From Convolutriloba macropyga (taxonomy: Eukaryota): a stretch of DNA of 64,000 nucleotides. Position numbers and translations under genes: made by a program. A model generated the notes under the pieces. That model saw nothing but the letters and a program-made list of their open reading frames with translations, was not told the origin of the DNA and did no database searches. Within the stretch, counting starts at the first letter, position 1, and each line of letters begins with the position of its first letter. This document shows, piece by piece, positions 12,701 through 27,945 of this stretch. The stretch lies in the NCBI RefSeq assembly GCF_964194025.1, contig NC_134482.1, positions 39,990,001-40,054,000 of the forward strand, read 5' to 3'.

Positions 12701-14729
12701 ATATTCTTGAACAAGCCTTATTTTATACTGAATTTTTGAAGTAAGTTATATTCTGAATGAACACTTAAATTTTTTAAAAATGTTTTTTCGACTTGAGTTG
12801 TAAATTTCTGAACAATTATGAGTACCACTAAATTTTGTACTCATAATAGGGGCAAACATTTCAGCGGAATTTAAAAAAAAATCAAAAATTTTTGCTTGAT
12901 AACGATTATATTAAATTTTTCGAAGAATGCACTGAATATACAAAGTCGCACTCAATACAACTTTCTTCAATATATTATATCAAAATCTACATTTAGACAG
13001 AAGGGAAAGGAAATAAGAGTCGATAGAAACGCTGTATTTTTTAAATTGCTAATGAAGAAAAACTATTCTTGAATTCAACTTTTGCGCTAATCGGAGATAT
13101 CTTTGTCAAAAACAGTAAAAAATGTTGATTAAAATAAAAATGAAATGCTATTGTTTCTAAATTGTTCCTGGTTACTTCAATTTACTTAGTTGCGTAAACA
13201 ATACGAGAGGGAAAATTTGTCTTCAAATAATTTAACTTTTTAAGTATTGAAAAAAATTTTTAGGTTTTTAATTTAACTTTACGAGCATTTGGTCAAAATT
13301 TAATTTTAAGAGTAATATATATCAAAAATTCTTCATCTAATTTCATTTTTACACACTATGGCAATATTAGAACAGTTATTAAGAATGGAAAATTTAATCA
13401 AGTTTTTTAAAAGTCCATAAAAAATTGAAACACTTGATAATTATTAATTTGTTTTAACATTTTACAAAGTCTTGAAACAACTATATTTTGTAGTGAATCA
13501 AAGTTTGTTTCCAAAGTCTTCTTCACCCAAATTCTAGATTTGTTTTGACCTTGAAAAAAATGAGCTAATTTATGAACTGAAAAACAGCGTCAGCTTTAGT
13601 TAAGAAAAAACCAGATGTGTGTTCAGCTTACTCTACCCGAGATATGTTCTGTTCGTCAATTTCAGAGAAACTAGGCTTTCACTTTTCTTTTTGATTGATG
13701 TCGTTTCAATGAATTTCAAATACGGTTAGCAATTGATTTCGACACATATTTTATGCTATATTGTACTCCATAAATTAAAACAAGTGAAATAATTGAGACT
13801 TAAAACCTCTTCTCTTGACAAAAAATTTACTTGACTGTAATTTATTCATTAACGGAACATGAAAACTAATTTTTACCTTATAATTCTACTTTTTGGGTTC
13901 TGGTTAGCACTGTTCTCAAGCATGCCAAAAAACCTTGCAGTTCCCGTCAAAATACGAGAAACAAATATCGTTAAAAATTCAGGTTAGTTCATGCCACAGC
14001 AAATATATACCCATATTTCAGACTAAAATTTGGTTTGGGATTTGGGTAATTTGTTCATAAGTGGGCATAGACTTGAAGAGCAATTATACCCATTTTTTGT
14101 CCTGATAGGATTGTGTTTGGATATGATTGTTTGAAATGTTTTTCAAGGCTGTTCAATTGAATTAACTATTTCTACTAATTTTATTTCCAGAATTGACTCG
14201 TTCCACGTAACAATTGAAAAAAGGCAAAAATGTAACGGTGGAAAACTGAAAATTTTCACTAAAAATACACTTTCAATTTTGCTGCTACTGCCTTTTTGTG
14301 TCGGTGTGCATTTGTCTGTGTATATTGTTTGTGTGTGTGTGTGTCTTTGTGTGGGTGTCTGTGTGTTTGTGTGTGTGTGTTTGTGTGTGTGTTTGTCTGT
14401 GAGCTTGTGGGTTAAGATCCGCGATGTTTCATTTTTTGTCCTTATAAATTTCAAAACATTTTTCTTAAAACTTTAGAGGGACAGCCGTGAGAGTCAAGAT
14501 ATCTGGGATATTTGAGTGTTGCAAACCAAGCAGACCAAAAACATTTTGTCCTCCCCAAGATCCAGATGAGCCATTGCTCATTCGATAACCAAACTTCCGG
14601 AGTAGAGTTTTAGTTGTGGTTGCATGCTTGTGTGTGTGTTTGTCCAGTGAGCATGCGTCTGTGTAAATCTGTGTGTGCGCCTGCATGCCTGTGTCTGTGA
14701 GCATGTGTGTGTGCGCATGTGTGTATATA

Positions 14730-15985
14730 CACTATGGTACCAAAAAGCTACGCACACATAAAGATTTTTAAAAAGCAATACAAACATAAAATAATACAAC
14801 ATTTTCAGTTCAAATTTTGTTCTCTAATAACGCGTCATTACACCTTTAACTTTTTTGCCGTCTAGAAAACGTTTGGTATAGTTTTCATACAGATTTCACG
14901 ACGTCTGGGTCAAGTTTATTCCAAATTTCATACACTTTTTCTTCTAAATTCTCCCAAAAAACTGTCTGTTTTCATAATCGTTGCTTCAAAATCACCTATA
15001 AATTTTCAATAGGATTCAAATCAGGACTGTATGCTGGCCAATCCAGTACTCTCCACTCCTTTTCTTGGAAAAAATGCCGATAATCTTTGATTTAAGCAGA
15101 GGAGCATTATCTTTTTGAAAAATAATGTCCAGAAAATGAATTTTTTCTTCGTAAATTGTCAAAATTTCCAAATAACCGACAGCGTTTAGCTTGTTTGGAC
15201 ACTTTATAAGCAATTTCAGTCCATCTGATTGTATTGCACCCCAAAACATAGGTGATCGCTTGTCCGAACTCAAACGTTTGTAATTTTTTCAAGAAATCTC
15301 GTTCCCTTTCTTCGAAAAACTCAAACAATTCCGTCGTTGGAGATGCGCACCCTTGTTTCATCAGTAAAAACAACCTTCTGGCAGAAAGAGAAAGGCTTCT
15401 TTAGCATATTGATACACCATTTTGAACGAAAACACTCGCTTTTCATCTTCAAACTGACTTTTTTTGCAGCATTTCTTGAAAAACGCCAAATTTTTTGAGA
15501 ATTCGTCTAACCTTACCTCTGGAAACTGTATCGTAGCAAGAGAAAGCATTATGAGCCACTCTAATGCGCTCCAGTGAGGTTTTGGGATCTTTCAAAATAT
15601 CAGTAACTAACTTTTTTTCGGATTTTTTTTTTTGACAATTTTGGGGGTCTTCCGCTCGATTTTTGGGCCTCGAAACTGTTATTTTTCTAGTAATGTTTGT
15701 ATGCATATTGTGCACTGGATCTTGACTTCAAGTTGAGTTGCTTTTGTATTTTAGACCATGAAAACCTGACATCTTGTAGCGTAACAACACACTTGGCAAA
15801 CGGTGAAAGAACAAAGCGGTTTAACCGTCTTTTCTGTTTAAGCGGAGAAAAAGAGAATGAAATTTCTCTTAAAACTTCTAAATTTCACGCTTTTTTCACG
15901 CCTTAGCGCAAATCGTGCTTATGAAGCACGAATCATGCTTTAAAAGCAGAAATCGTGCTGTACGTAGCTTTTTGGTACCATAGTG
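14730..15985 (-). mobile_element. Tc1-type (DD34E) DNA transposon relic, 1256 bp
   Basis: Perfect 23-bp TIRs CACTATGGTACCAAAAAGCTACG; TA on the left flank, TG on the right. Frameshifted transposase motifs VFTDE, MFWGAI, FQKDNAP and WPAYSPDLNPIENL on the minus strand. Confidence 0.92.
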
Positions 15986-16000
15986 TGTTTGTGTGTTTAT

Positions 16001-16141
16001 NNNNNNNNNNNNNNNNNNNNNNNNNNNNNNNNNNNNNNNNNNNNNNNNNNNNNNNNNNNNNNNNNNNNNNNNNNNNNNNNNNNNNNNNNNNNNNNNNNNN
16101 NNNNNNNNNNNNNNNNNNNNNNNNNNNNNNNNNNNNNNNNN
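16001..16141. other. Assembly gap (N run)
   Basis: Run of n. Confidence 1.
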
Positions 16142-18249
16142 GCGCAACATTTCTTCATTTTTTGTCCTAATCAATTTCAAGCTACCTTACAGGGACAGCC
16201 GAGAGAAGCGACCGATCTGGTCTATTCGAGGGTTGCAAACCAAGCAGACCAAAAGAATTCTGCCCTCCCCAAGATCCAGATGAGCAATCACTCATTCGAT
16301 AACCAAAAATCCGGAGAAGAGTTTCTCGCGAAAACAACACTTGGATACATTGAGGAGATAAGCATTGACTAGTGGTTGCAGGGTATTTTAATGTAATTTC
16401 AATTTTAATTAATGCAATTTGTGTTTCTAATTTCAAATAAAATTCGGAACGGTACAATGAGCGTTTCTTACCGAGGGCGACAAAACTTGAGGATATGAAA
16501 AATTACTAAACTCTAATACTTCATTACTGTCGATTTAATTTTTTGCAAGAAGCAAGTTTTGTAGCTAGTTTCTATCGAATTTGAACGTTAGAAAGTGAAA
16601 AATCTAATGTATTAAGTTATAGAAATCCTCCGAGCGATAGAAGAATTAAAAAATTAAGAGATAATTAAAAGCCAATCTGATAACCCGTACCTAATTTTCA
16701 GAGTAATTCAGAACTGAATCAAAATCATTTTCATAAACTTGGTAGTACCCAGCTGGCTGAGGTCCCCTTCCCCCAAATAAACTTAACGCCCCCTTGCAGA
16801 CGTGCATTTTTACATAGTAATGGCAATATAGCTACCCAGGCTGAGGTCCCAGACGGGATCAAGTATGTCCAGATCGGAGAAATGGGGGCGTCGTGCGCTC
16901 AAATTTACGTAGTCTGCAAAAATCGAAGAAAGCACAAAAGACTGAAGATGAACGCACGAAAATCTGGACATAAGATTTTTCCGCCGGGGACGGTCTAGGC
17001 ATAGAAACTTTTCGTCTGAGACGGTCTGGTCATAGCGGTTTCCATCTGGCACTGGGATTGAAGTATCGGATGGCTGTTCAAAAAAAAGCTGTTCAAAAAA
17101 GTTGTTGAAAATGACACACCTCGTTGTTTGTACTCACTTTGAACATTATTGGTGATAGGACTTCAGTTCGAAATGAAGTAAAACCTGAAAGAGTAAATTT
17201 GAGACAGAATTGATTCGCGATAAATATTTTTTCTTCAAATGAGCATCTCATACTTTTCATGCAAGCGATATTCTCATTTCCTTATATGGCAACTGTTGAT
17301 CAAAAGCGACAAGAATAGAAGCGTAGGAAAAATCAAATTTGAAATGATCGAAAATGATCTCATGTATCGAAAATCGAACGCAGAAATTTCACTTTTCAAG
17401 TCCAGTAAACTCGTCCGGCTCTAAATTGCGCCAACTAGACCTTGGTAATGTAACAAAAGGCAAACTTTCAATAAGATTCAATAATATTTTATAACAATAT
17501 GAATTATTACAAATTACAATGTACTGCTAGCAAGCCGCGTACTCCCCTTTTTCCGAGTGGGCTGGGGTGCCGTCTGTGACGTAGGATTTTTTTGTTGTAA
17601 TCATGCTGGTGTTTGCCCATATGTTCAACCCATGAAATGGAAGAATTACGACAAAATATTATAAAAATTTGCTTCTCAGATGGTTGCCACCGTTTTACCA
17701 GCGTTGAAATCATGAGTCAGCTGTTGGATGCAGAATTTTTACCAGGAAAAGAAAGACAAGAAAAGACACAAGCTTCCATTTTTGCACGAAGTTTGTGTCC
17801 TATTTACAACAATAAAACTATATAAATTGAGCAATTTTTTCAACCCGACGTTTGTGTTTCAATTTTTGTCTAGCGTGTTCAAAAAAGGTACATTATTGTT
17901 GTTTTAGTCAGAATTTTCTGACCTCTAAAAATTTCGACGAAAACCATGCAATGTGACCCCGTTTTTCGGATGGAATTTTCATTAATGTCTCACCCAAAAA
18001 CGAGAAGCATGGAAAAATAATCGCCAATGACTAAAACTAATGAAAGCGAAAATATTCGTTAATCATCAGTACGAAACCCAAAAAATTTTAGTCCAATAAA
18101 AACAAGCACTTCTCGTCCGCACGAATTTTAAGACCTCGTCCTCTACCCAAATTTACTGTTAATCAGCAGAAATTTGTCCAACCTAAATAATCGCCGAGTT
18201 CTCCCACTCTCAGATTTTGTTAGTATTCATCCAGCACTGTTAGCCACAA

Positions 18250-19033
18250 CCCGGGTCAACGATCATACAACTTTCTTGGATTCCGTACTGGGTCAGATAT
18301 GATTCTTAGTAACCATACTAGGTCATATATGATTTGTATGAACTCTTTCTAGTCATACAAGGACCACATATGATTTCCTAGAAATCATAAAGGGATCATA
18401 CAAAAAGTTTCAAAGACTAAAAACTGTATAATTTTGATTTTCTATTGAAGTCAAAAACATTGACCGGTGCCACAAATTCTCGTACAATGTCGTCAGAGGA
18501 CTCATTAAATTATTATATCTCATTTGCAATCCACAGTTGATTCTTTGTGTGCGCTAAAAAGAATAATTTTGGGGTTTAAACATATTCAGAAAACCAATTT
18601 GAGGTTATATGCAAATTTCTCTCTTGATAGTTTTTTTTTTATAAATGAGCATTTATAAGTATAAACTGGCTTCAGAGTATGTCAAAAATTTTGTTATCTA
18701 TTTGGACTTACCCATTTATTTAGTGCCCAACTTGGCAAATGATATTGTACGGTTAGGGTCTTATGGCGGATCACAATATGTTGCCGTGGTATCATATAGG
18801 TGATGCCCTACCGAATAAAAACATTAAAAAAATATAAATGGTGAAACGTTTGCGAAACATAGATGTATGATACTTGGTATTCGTACTAGGATCATATATG
18901 ATTTCTTGGTAGTCCTACAAAGATAATATATGATTTTTTTGGTTTCATACAAGGATCGTACTAAGAAATCAACTATGGACAGTATGAAATCATATATGAT
19001 TCTTGTATGAAATCACAGAAACTTCAAACCGGG
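18250..19033 (+). mobile_element. Non-autonomous CMC/EnSpm-like element, copy 1
   Basis: CCCGGG...CCGGG termini, AA on both flanks, subterminal repeats of ATCATATATGATTTC...CATACAAGG; homologous to 28700-29489 in the opposite orientation. Confidence 0.7.
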
Positions 19034-22000
19034 AAGTGTTTGACGAATTGAAAAACTTGCAAACATCTTGGAAGCCATATTGCAAGTGAATGCATACGGG
19101 TAGGAAGCCTTCTGGGAAGATTTTTGAAAATTTTTTGCTTCACTTCCGAGAATCTCACAAGCTTTCGATTCATATGCTCGAGAAAGGGGAACACCAGAGA
19201 GGGGGTGCGGATTTATACAGCAGCAATATTGTCTTAGTTTTGCATAAGATTTTTTAGATTCTTTCACAATTAGAGCCGCAAGTTGAATCATTTCAACCAT
19301 AAATTATGCCAATGATGCATTATGCAACAAGAATTGATTTTCACATTGTTAGTTTGTATCTCTAACGTTATTCGACACGAAAGTTTAAAATAATGCTAAA
19401 TGACTTCAAGCTCGTTTACAAAGCATGATTTCAACAAAATGTTTTATAACGGGGCTGACATATATGTTTCTATCTTTCTATTTGTTCCAATCCAGTAGAG
19501 GAGGAACCATATAATCAAACAATTTTTTTTGTTCAGGCACTTTTGGCCGATCGATATACTCATGGTAGAAGGTTGTGAGTGGTATCTTTAGAAAGCCTTC
19601 CAGGATAGAATATAGGAAAAAAGAATTTTCTGAAAATTGTTTTTCCACGAAGTTATTGAGGCTTATAGTTTTGTGAACATTTGACCCATTTTTGTCGTTT
19701 TTGTTCACATTTTTCGTATATATGCTAAATTTTTAGTCGTTTTGCAAAAAAATATATATGATTAAATTGCTAACAGAAGTGTTTTTGTTTATAGCTGCAA
19801 AGCTGTAAGATGAGTGTAGCGGTGTTTGTGTTATTTCACAGCCGTGTTCGTGTTATTTTGCGGTGTTCGAGTGATTTCACAGACCAAAATTTTTGGATTG
19901 TTTTGGTTTGCGCTTTTTTAGGATATGTTCATCGGCTTCTTCAGGTCAGTGAGAAGTAGAATTAGAGTTATCATTTCAATCAGGGCGAAGAATTAAGGAG
20001 AGGGGGAGGCTGAGCAGGTTTGAAGCAATTTTTTTTGTTAAAGTGCCTTCAAATTGAAGTCGGAATTATTTTATTGAAAAAACAATTTTTGATCAAGTGA
20101 GGCAATTAGACTTCTGTTTTCAGCCTTTCATTTATTGAGTGCTATTAGTATGATACATATGTGTTATAATTGCACCTATCTGCATTTAATTGAGAATATT
20201 AACAAGCAGCAGATGCTTTGTATTACTTCGACACTAGTTGTTGTCATAAAATATTAGCTAATTTTTTTTGATGTCAACATTTTTTGTTTTTTTTTCTGTA
20301 GTCTGATTACTCACTATCAAAAATGACAGAACTAACGTGGTCGCTATTGAGGCATGAAAACACCTGAATAATAATTTGAGTTGTTTGTTAGTGATTTGCC
20401 TGACTTTGATTATTGGTTAGCAAAAAAAATTTATGGGCTGTTGCATTTTTCGAGTATTTGTTGCACTTTTTGTTGTGTTACCAATTGATCTCAATTATAA
20501 AAGGTCTCAGAGGTTGCTAATAGTAATCTCTATCAATCCGTTCAATTGTTTTAATTCAAATCTAACACTTTCTATGACTTTGATTCTAACTTGTTGCAAG
20601 AAATAATATTGAGTTCTTCAATTTATCGAGTATTATTGTTCAATTTATTGACTAGACCTTTAGTCTCGCTAATTACAGGTCTCATCTCTTATTAAGGACG
20701 CCTCAATCATCCGAGTTATTATTTCAGTTTTTTGCTAGTGCTTTCTATGACCTACACGCTGTTCAATTTCAGCAAATTTTAGTGAACTGTGCATTATTGC
20801 TTGTTTTTGTTAAACTTATTGCTGTTTTATCCCTTAATCATACTAAAGACAGATTTCATCGCTTTTGTAAGATGACTTAGGAAACATAATAAGTCGCCGG
20901 AGTTCTAGGCTGTTGCAGAACAAATGTTTTTGTTGGCCTTCTCGTATGGCGTGATCTTAGTTAATTTAATGGCTCTATCTTTCAGTTAACAAGTTTACTG
21001 ACTGAGATACCGTTTATTTTGGAAATTTTTAATTGAATTTGTGAAAATTGTATTTTTTTTGTAGTTCTATTGCCTCTTTTCCACTCATCAAAACAGCTAA
21101 AGTTTATTGAGACTGCTGATGTCTCAAAGACAAAATGTGGTTAGGTAATAATGAGACTTTTTTGTTTTGACACCGATGGTTTCAAAAGATATTCTGGTTT
21201 TTGCCACTTCATTTTTTTGCTTCCCCTTTTGCGCATTTTTCATTGCTTAACAAAAGGTTGTTGTATTGTTTAACCGTTCTAACGATTCGAGGAGACAATT
21301 TCTAATAGTTTTTTTGTTTTCTGTATTTCCTGAAAAACTAAATTTTAGATTAAAAACTTTATCATTGTTTACATATTCTCATGGTCAATTTTGCGCATAT
21401 AGTGCCAAGAGATTGTAGATTTTCTTGACTTGATGTTGCTTTACAGATAATAATTTTTACTTTATACAGAAAATCATTTTTGTAATTGAGGATGAGTCCT
21501 GATATGTTTCTTTGTTTCGCCGTTTGACGCTTTTCTATTGTTTCACGTTTGCTCACACAGCAAAGCTGAAAAATTCAAATGTTCCGAGGAGCGACCTCAT
21601 CCTCAAACTAACAGTGTTCTGTACGCTTAACGTCAATTGTTAATCTCTCTATCAAAAATAATAAGTCACATTGATGGTTAGATTTTGATCATATTCATAC
21701 GTGAATGATCTTACTCAACTAAACGAATTTTGCGCTTTAAAATTTAACTTGAATTAGTTTTAGGAAAATCAATAACTGATCAAAAACGCTCCCCAATGAA
21801 AGGACTCCTATGGAAATATCTGCAACGCACTTTCTCATTTCAACAAAAAAAGAATGTTGAAGAAGTGCTTCATCCAAAATTTTGGCTAGCAATTCGGTTA
21901 AGTTTTTAAAAATTCAACCTTCTTTCATTGAAAATGCACCATTTATGGTGCTATAGCAAAATCTATTTAAACTTGCCAAAAGAACAAAGCAAAAAAAATG

Positions 22001-25000
22001 ATGAAGCAATCTTCACGCAATCCAAAGAGGTTTAATTTTACAATCAGTTCCTATTAGAGTTTTCTGGAACAGAAAATTAGCCGGCTCTTTCTACTACAAC
22101 TCTTCAATAATATTCCAAATTAATCATTTTTGATTTAGTGTCTCTTTCGTCAAAGTAAATTTTCCGCTAACAGTTGGAACTATTAACAATTCACAAGAAC
22201 AGGATAACTTGCAATATTATTCAATGATAAATTTAGACCTTATCAGTTGTTTTTACAAAAAAAAGGTATTCTAATTGCTTATTGAGCTGTATTTATTCGA
22301 CTTTCTGGTTTTTTGTCTGGAATGTTATTATAACGGAAAGGTTTATAATCTTGTTCAATTAGTGACAACTATTATTTACATGCCAGTGAGGCCGAATGAA
22401 CAAATATTAAATAATCAATTGAAAGTTCCTTGTTTTTATGATTTCAACACTGTTTTTAAGTAAATATGTTTTCCAATTTTTAGTTATTCTTTTTCAGTTC
22501 GGCATTAGTTGTTATTTTGTGATTGTATGACTTGGTTGAACTGATGACAATTTTCCTGTTTTCCTTGGCGTCTTATGGTGCTACATTATCTAGTGCTTCA
22601 TTTGAAACCTTATTTTTTGTCTTTTAAAAACAGTTGTTCTTAAAAAATTTGATATATGAGATTTTGCCTGACGTTTATTTTGCTTAATATCAGTTGCAAG
22701 GTTGAATTTTCTTCGATTGAATTAAATTTTAGTAGTCACTGTGTTTTTATGTTTTAGGAAAGTGTTTTTGGATTGAAGTTTTTAATTTTTTTTGGTTTTC
22801 GGATATTTTTGCGTTTTTGGGTCCCTTTCTGACAAAATTGAATTAATGGCAGAACAACAAAAGGCGCGGTGGAAGAATGGGGCAATTGAGCATATATGAC
22901 GTTTTTAGTGAATACCTTATCTTTTCATCGGTTACGATACCGTTCCTAGCAACACTTACCTGAAAAAATTTATATTTGCAATTAATCGCCGTTCTTTTTT
23001 ATTTGTTAGTTATAATTTGGACAACCACAAGCCTCAATGGCCTGCTATTGAGTATGAACGAACCTCGTTACGGGTTGTAATCCATGGCTAACGGTTTTCT
23101 TGACTTTGATTAATATATTTGCTTTAAAAATATAATTGTTAATTTGAAATTTGCCCCGTTTTTTAACCTTATTTCTGCCAATGTAAAGCTTAATCTCATT
23201 AGCAAAAGGTCGCTTTTCTGCTACAATTATATTCAAATTTTAGTCTTAGTAGCTGTTTTTTGCTAACTGGTTTTTATTCTACTGGCTTTGACAACAAATT
23301 TGTGATTTTCGAATAGTTGCCGTATTTGAGCTCGATATTTAGTGTTTTCTCACAATAGAACAATGAAGATAAGTCTCACCGGCATTTAACAACTACCTTT
23401 TTAAACATATAATATTTGATCAGTTAACAGCTTATTATTTTATTAGCTTGGGCACTGATTTTTAGAAAACTCTTTTTTAAATTGTGATAGTACTTTTCGA
23501 TCTTTTATCAGTGGTAAGACATGTTCTGGACATCTATATAACAAATTCAACCTATAGCTAATGGTTATAATGTTTTCGAAATCTATTTTATTTGAAAAAA
23601 TTTTTTTTTACTGTTGGGTGTTTTTTGTAAAAAATATAGGCATTTATCTTTGTCGTTTGTCGTTATTAATATTTGTCTTGTTTGCCTTGATTCGTTTTCT
23701 CGTCAATGGCAAATATCATCGGCTCTCTTAAACGGCATTGTTTACGTCGTTCAATGGTTTGAGTTTAAGGCAATTTTTTGTCATTTATTACTTATTTTCG
23801 AAGAAAAATCTTGAAAGCTTTCCATCTCTTCTTCATTTGAAAGAATATCAATTCAAAAATGTCGATGAGCGGGATCAGAACATTATGTGCGAACCCAAAT
23901 TAGCGAGCCTCCTGGTTTAATATCTTTGCATCTCTATAGATTTCTATTTTACTATTGTTTAATATGTACCAGCTATATCTATATAATAAATATATTACAT
24001 GCCAGTATTGCTCATGAAGTTAGTTTCTGTTACAAAATTTTCAAACTGAAAACTGATGTGGAAACGCAATGAAGGCCGAGGAAGTCATGCGAGCTGAAAT
24101 TTTGTTTGTTCATTTATCACTACAAAAAGTTGATTTTTCCATTTTTCAAATTGTGGATGTTGAATTTACTATTACTATGTTTAGTTTTGGACAAAAACAT
24201 TTGCTGGTCAATTTTGTATGGTGTTTGCTCTCAATTAATCTACCCGAAAAGCCCGGTTTCGTCTGCTATTTAGACCCAAAACCTAATTTTGCAAATGTAT
24301 TCAAAAATGACCTTATTCATACCACGCATATGAAGCAAAAGCGAAAAGACATTTAAAATTACAAGACATTATTTCACTTGAATAAAACTTCAGCTGATTT
24401 TCTGTAACAAAAATTCACAAAAAAGTTTGAGTGAACAGAAAAGACAAAAATGAAGTTTTATTTCTATGTGACTTCTCTTTTGGCGTTTTCAAGTTGGTTA
24501 GCATTCTGCGGATCATTAGAAAAAAGCCAAAATGTTCAGAACATGCGGAGAGAAAGTGCAGGTGAGCCAAAAGTTAATTAATTTTTTTTAGAAAAACTTG
24601 TTTTCTGCAAAACTGACACCGGGGGATGGCGGGGGAGGGGGTTATAGGGCAGTTTTCATTTGATGCATATTTCAGATGAAATTCACCAACGTCGATGAAA
24701 TAGTAAACTCACACTGCCGAAAAAATCAATTTATTAAAAAAATAATATTACTTATTGAAGTTAAATATTCTATTCAAAGATGACGCTAAATTTAAGCTTC
24801 CTAATTTTTGGGCATAGGCTGCGACTCACATTTTTATTTATCAGACACTCACCCATTCGCTACGACGAGGCTAAACAGGGCTGTTATTAGTTTTTTGCAT
24901 CGGACCCCCGTCTCTTTAACAAAACAGTATAATGGCTGAAAATTTTAAGAATAGTTTTAAATTGATGTTGCTGCATGTGAAACTGCGAAGAAGTCTTCAT

Positions 25001-27945
25001 ATTTTGTAAACTATTCTTGATATGGTGTACCAAGAGACAACCCTCAGTATCGTGAATCATGATTCTCAGATCAACTAAGTCACGAATTTCGATTTTACAC
25101 TGATCAGTGCTCTCTGATCATGTCATATTTTAAACTTTTCATGAATTCCTGGCTAATAATAAGTGTGGGTATAGTCTGAAATTACTCTGAAATTAGCTCG
25201 AATTTGCACTAAAAAACCTCTCTTAGTGACCTAAAATTCTTCTCTCAAAACTATAATTTTTTTGAGATGAATATAAAAACTGGAATGCATACGGCGCGTT
25301 GCTATGGCATTTTTTCTTCAATTCTTTAGTGAATTCGTTCAGTGAAATGTAAAATGTACTGTCCTGGAATAATTCTGGCAAGTTTGCTAAATAGCACGTC
25401 TTTAGAAATCTAACTACAAAAGTCCTCTCAGTCAAATTAACGCAGCCTCTGTGTGAGCAAAAATTCCTTGCTGTCGGAGAAGGTTTTCGTTTATTTAATT
25501 GCCTTGATATCTTTAAATTCATTCGGGACACCAACAATTTTACTTAAAATTTGATATAATTCTATGTCCGTTGCTCAAGAAAAAGTAGCAATTGTATTGA
25601 AAAAAAATTCTAACAGAAACTAAGTTTTGCAGTTTTAAAAAGGTAATTAAAACCTAAAGTTGCAGCTTATTCATTTTCATAAAAAGTTTTAAAAAATCTA
25701 TTAAAAAAACCAAACAGACATCAGATCATTGAAATTTTTCTACTTATCCCTTCAGAATAAATCGATTTTGTATAGCACACACAGAGTCTTGGGTTATTCA
25801 CTAGGAAGAACAAATCCGTTGTAATTGCGGCTTTTAAGAGAGTTTTCATTACTTCGTTTTTCAAGAAGATTGATAGCCTTTGTAATTACAGATTAGTGAC
25901 TTCAAAGTATATACAGTGATGTTAGCACAATCAATCTGTTTTCTAATAAAAATATCAACTTTGTGTTAATATAGATAGCTTAAGAAAAACTACTCGCTGT
26001 TACTTCTTATTTGTTTTTAATTGTCTTCAAATTCTTACATGAAACAAATTTTACACAAAATTTGAAACATTATAAAAAACCATAATGTCTTTCAGTAATA
26101 ATCTTCTTTTAATGAATAAAAATACATTATATATAGCTTTTTTTGATAATTGCGGTCACTATCTTGCTTAAGCATGTCAAAATTAAGTTTCAACATATTG
26201 ATACGAAAGTTTTTTTTTAATTAAAAGAGGGATATGTCATAATTGTGGTAATTTATATCGTTTTACCATGGAATTGAATTATATTTTCGGGAATTTTTTC
26301 CTTGCATCACAGACGGTGTAATCGACAGACAAATGAAAATCACTGATCTGCAACAACCGACCAATCTTTTTACACCGACGAGCATGTTTTTAATGCCATT
26401 TTTTTTCCGTTATCTTAAATAATTAATTAAATGATACAAGCGGCTAAATTTTAACCCATTTTTTGAAGAGTTTTTGATTTTAAGGTAAGAGACAAGGATT
26501 AAAATTTTTTAAGACATATTAAGCTGCGATTGTGAAAATTGCTTCTACTTTCATAGACTCAGTTAAACATTCCGTATTTGACTGACAACAGACTATACAA
26601 TCAAGAAACAACGCTACAAAAACAGGAAGATTCGGAAGGTTTGTAAGGTGTTCATTCAACTAGAACACTTCTCAGACGATGCTTAGTCCCGCAAATTTGT
26701 TACATTTATATTGATTGTTCACACATTCTGCGACAGAATGATACAAAAATGTTACTCAGAAATTTTTTTAAAAAAGAGAGTTAGAAATTAACTGAAGTTA
26801 ATTTCTACAAAACTTAATATGTGATATTAGAAAGTACCTGTTTCTGAAGCAAAAATGAACAGCCACCTGAAAAGAGTGCCAGAAAATTTTCAGAAAAATC
26901 AAAAAAATGTTCATTTGTTTTTAAATTCATTTTTCACCGGCATTTTGCTTTATTACCATTTCTGCGCCATAACGTTACAACAAAACCAAATTACGCTGGA
27001 AAAGACAAAACAAAAAGTGTAGCACGACCGGAATTTTTACGAGAATAATAAAATTTATCATAATTTTATAAAGTTAGCGCTTTTTTACAAGAAGGTGATA
27101 AAAGCATGTTTTCATGCTTTAAAGTTACATTAGTATCGATTTTCGTCAAAATTTTACAAATGTTTTTCTACTATAGTATTGGAATGAAACAGTTTTGTGC
27201 CCCATGTGTGCACAAATAGCCAAATAGCACTTCCTCCCAAAAAATTTACCAACGAAGTTAACAAGAATACAACCTCTTTACCACTAGATAAGAAAAGGAT
27301 CATATTTTGTCCTTACAAAAATTATAAATTTATTTGGACAAACGTACAGTTTATTCTGTGACAAAAAATGCCCTTTTTCTCATAATGGTAAAAACTTACT
27401 CTACTTTTTTGTCTGTTTTTTTAATTACCATTGTATGTTAGATTGTTACCTAGAGTACCATGTTGTGGATAATAACCATAATAATCAAGTTGATTGCAAG
27501 TTTTCACTCTGACAGAACAATGAAGAGATATATAAATTGTCATAAGCAAATTTGACAATAAAATTGTCAATTTTTTTGGATTTGACTTATTGTGTCTAGT
27601 TTGAGAAATTTGAAAGAAAAACAGTACATTTCGTGTCAAAATTGGCTTTTTTACCTTGTTAGTTCAAGGATTGCAATTTAAAAAAAATTTTGGAAACTAA
27701 ATGCAAAATATTGTAAGTTTCTTTTCTACTTTATAAAAGTGAAATATAAATTAGGCCAAATGAAACTTCATACTATTTTGTTGTGGGCGATATCTTTTTC
27801 ATTAATTGAGGAATTTAATTTAATATCTTTGTAAAAAAAACTAGGTAGTCAGTTTCGAGTAAAATTTGGGAAGGATTTCGGTTTCCACCCGATGTACAAG
27901 TTATTACCATGTTTTTGATCACTTTGCCCCCCCCCCCCCCCCCCC

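Larger units (their letters stand above)
14300..16320. repeat. GT-rich microsatellite tracts plus a duplicated ~200-bp block flanking the Tc1 insertion
   Basis: Degenerate (GT)n at 14300-14400 and 14625-14725; block 14420-14600 recurs at 16142-16320 (GGGACAGCCG...CCCCAAGATCCAGATGAGC). Confidence 0.75.

Noticed and set aside
14143-14802. His/Thr- and Cys/Val-rich ORFs
   Set aside because: Translations of GT/CA microsatellite.
16800-17090. GC-richer island with a short open frame
   Set aside because: No recognisable protein motif or convincing splice pair; probably a repeat fragment.
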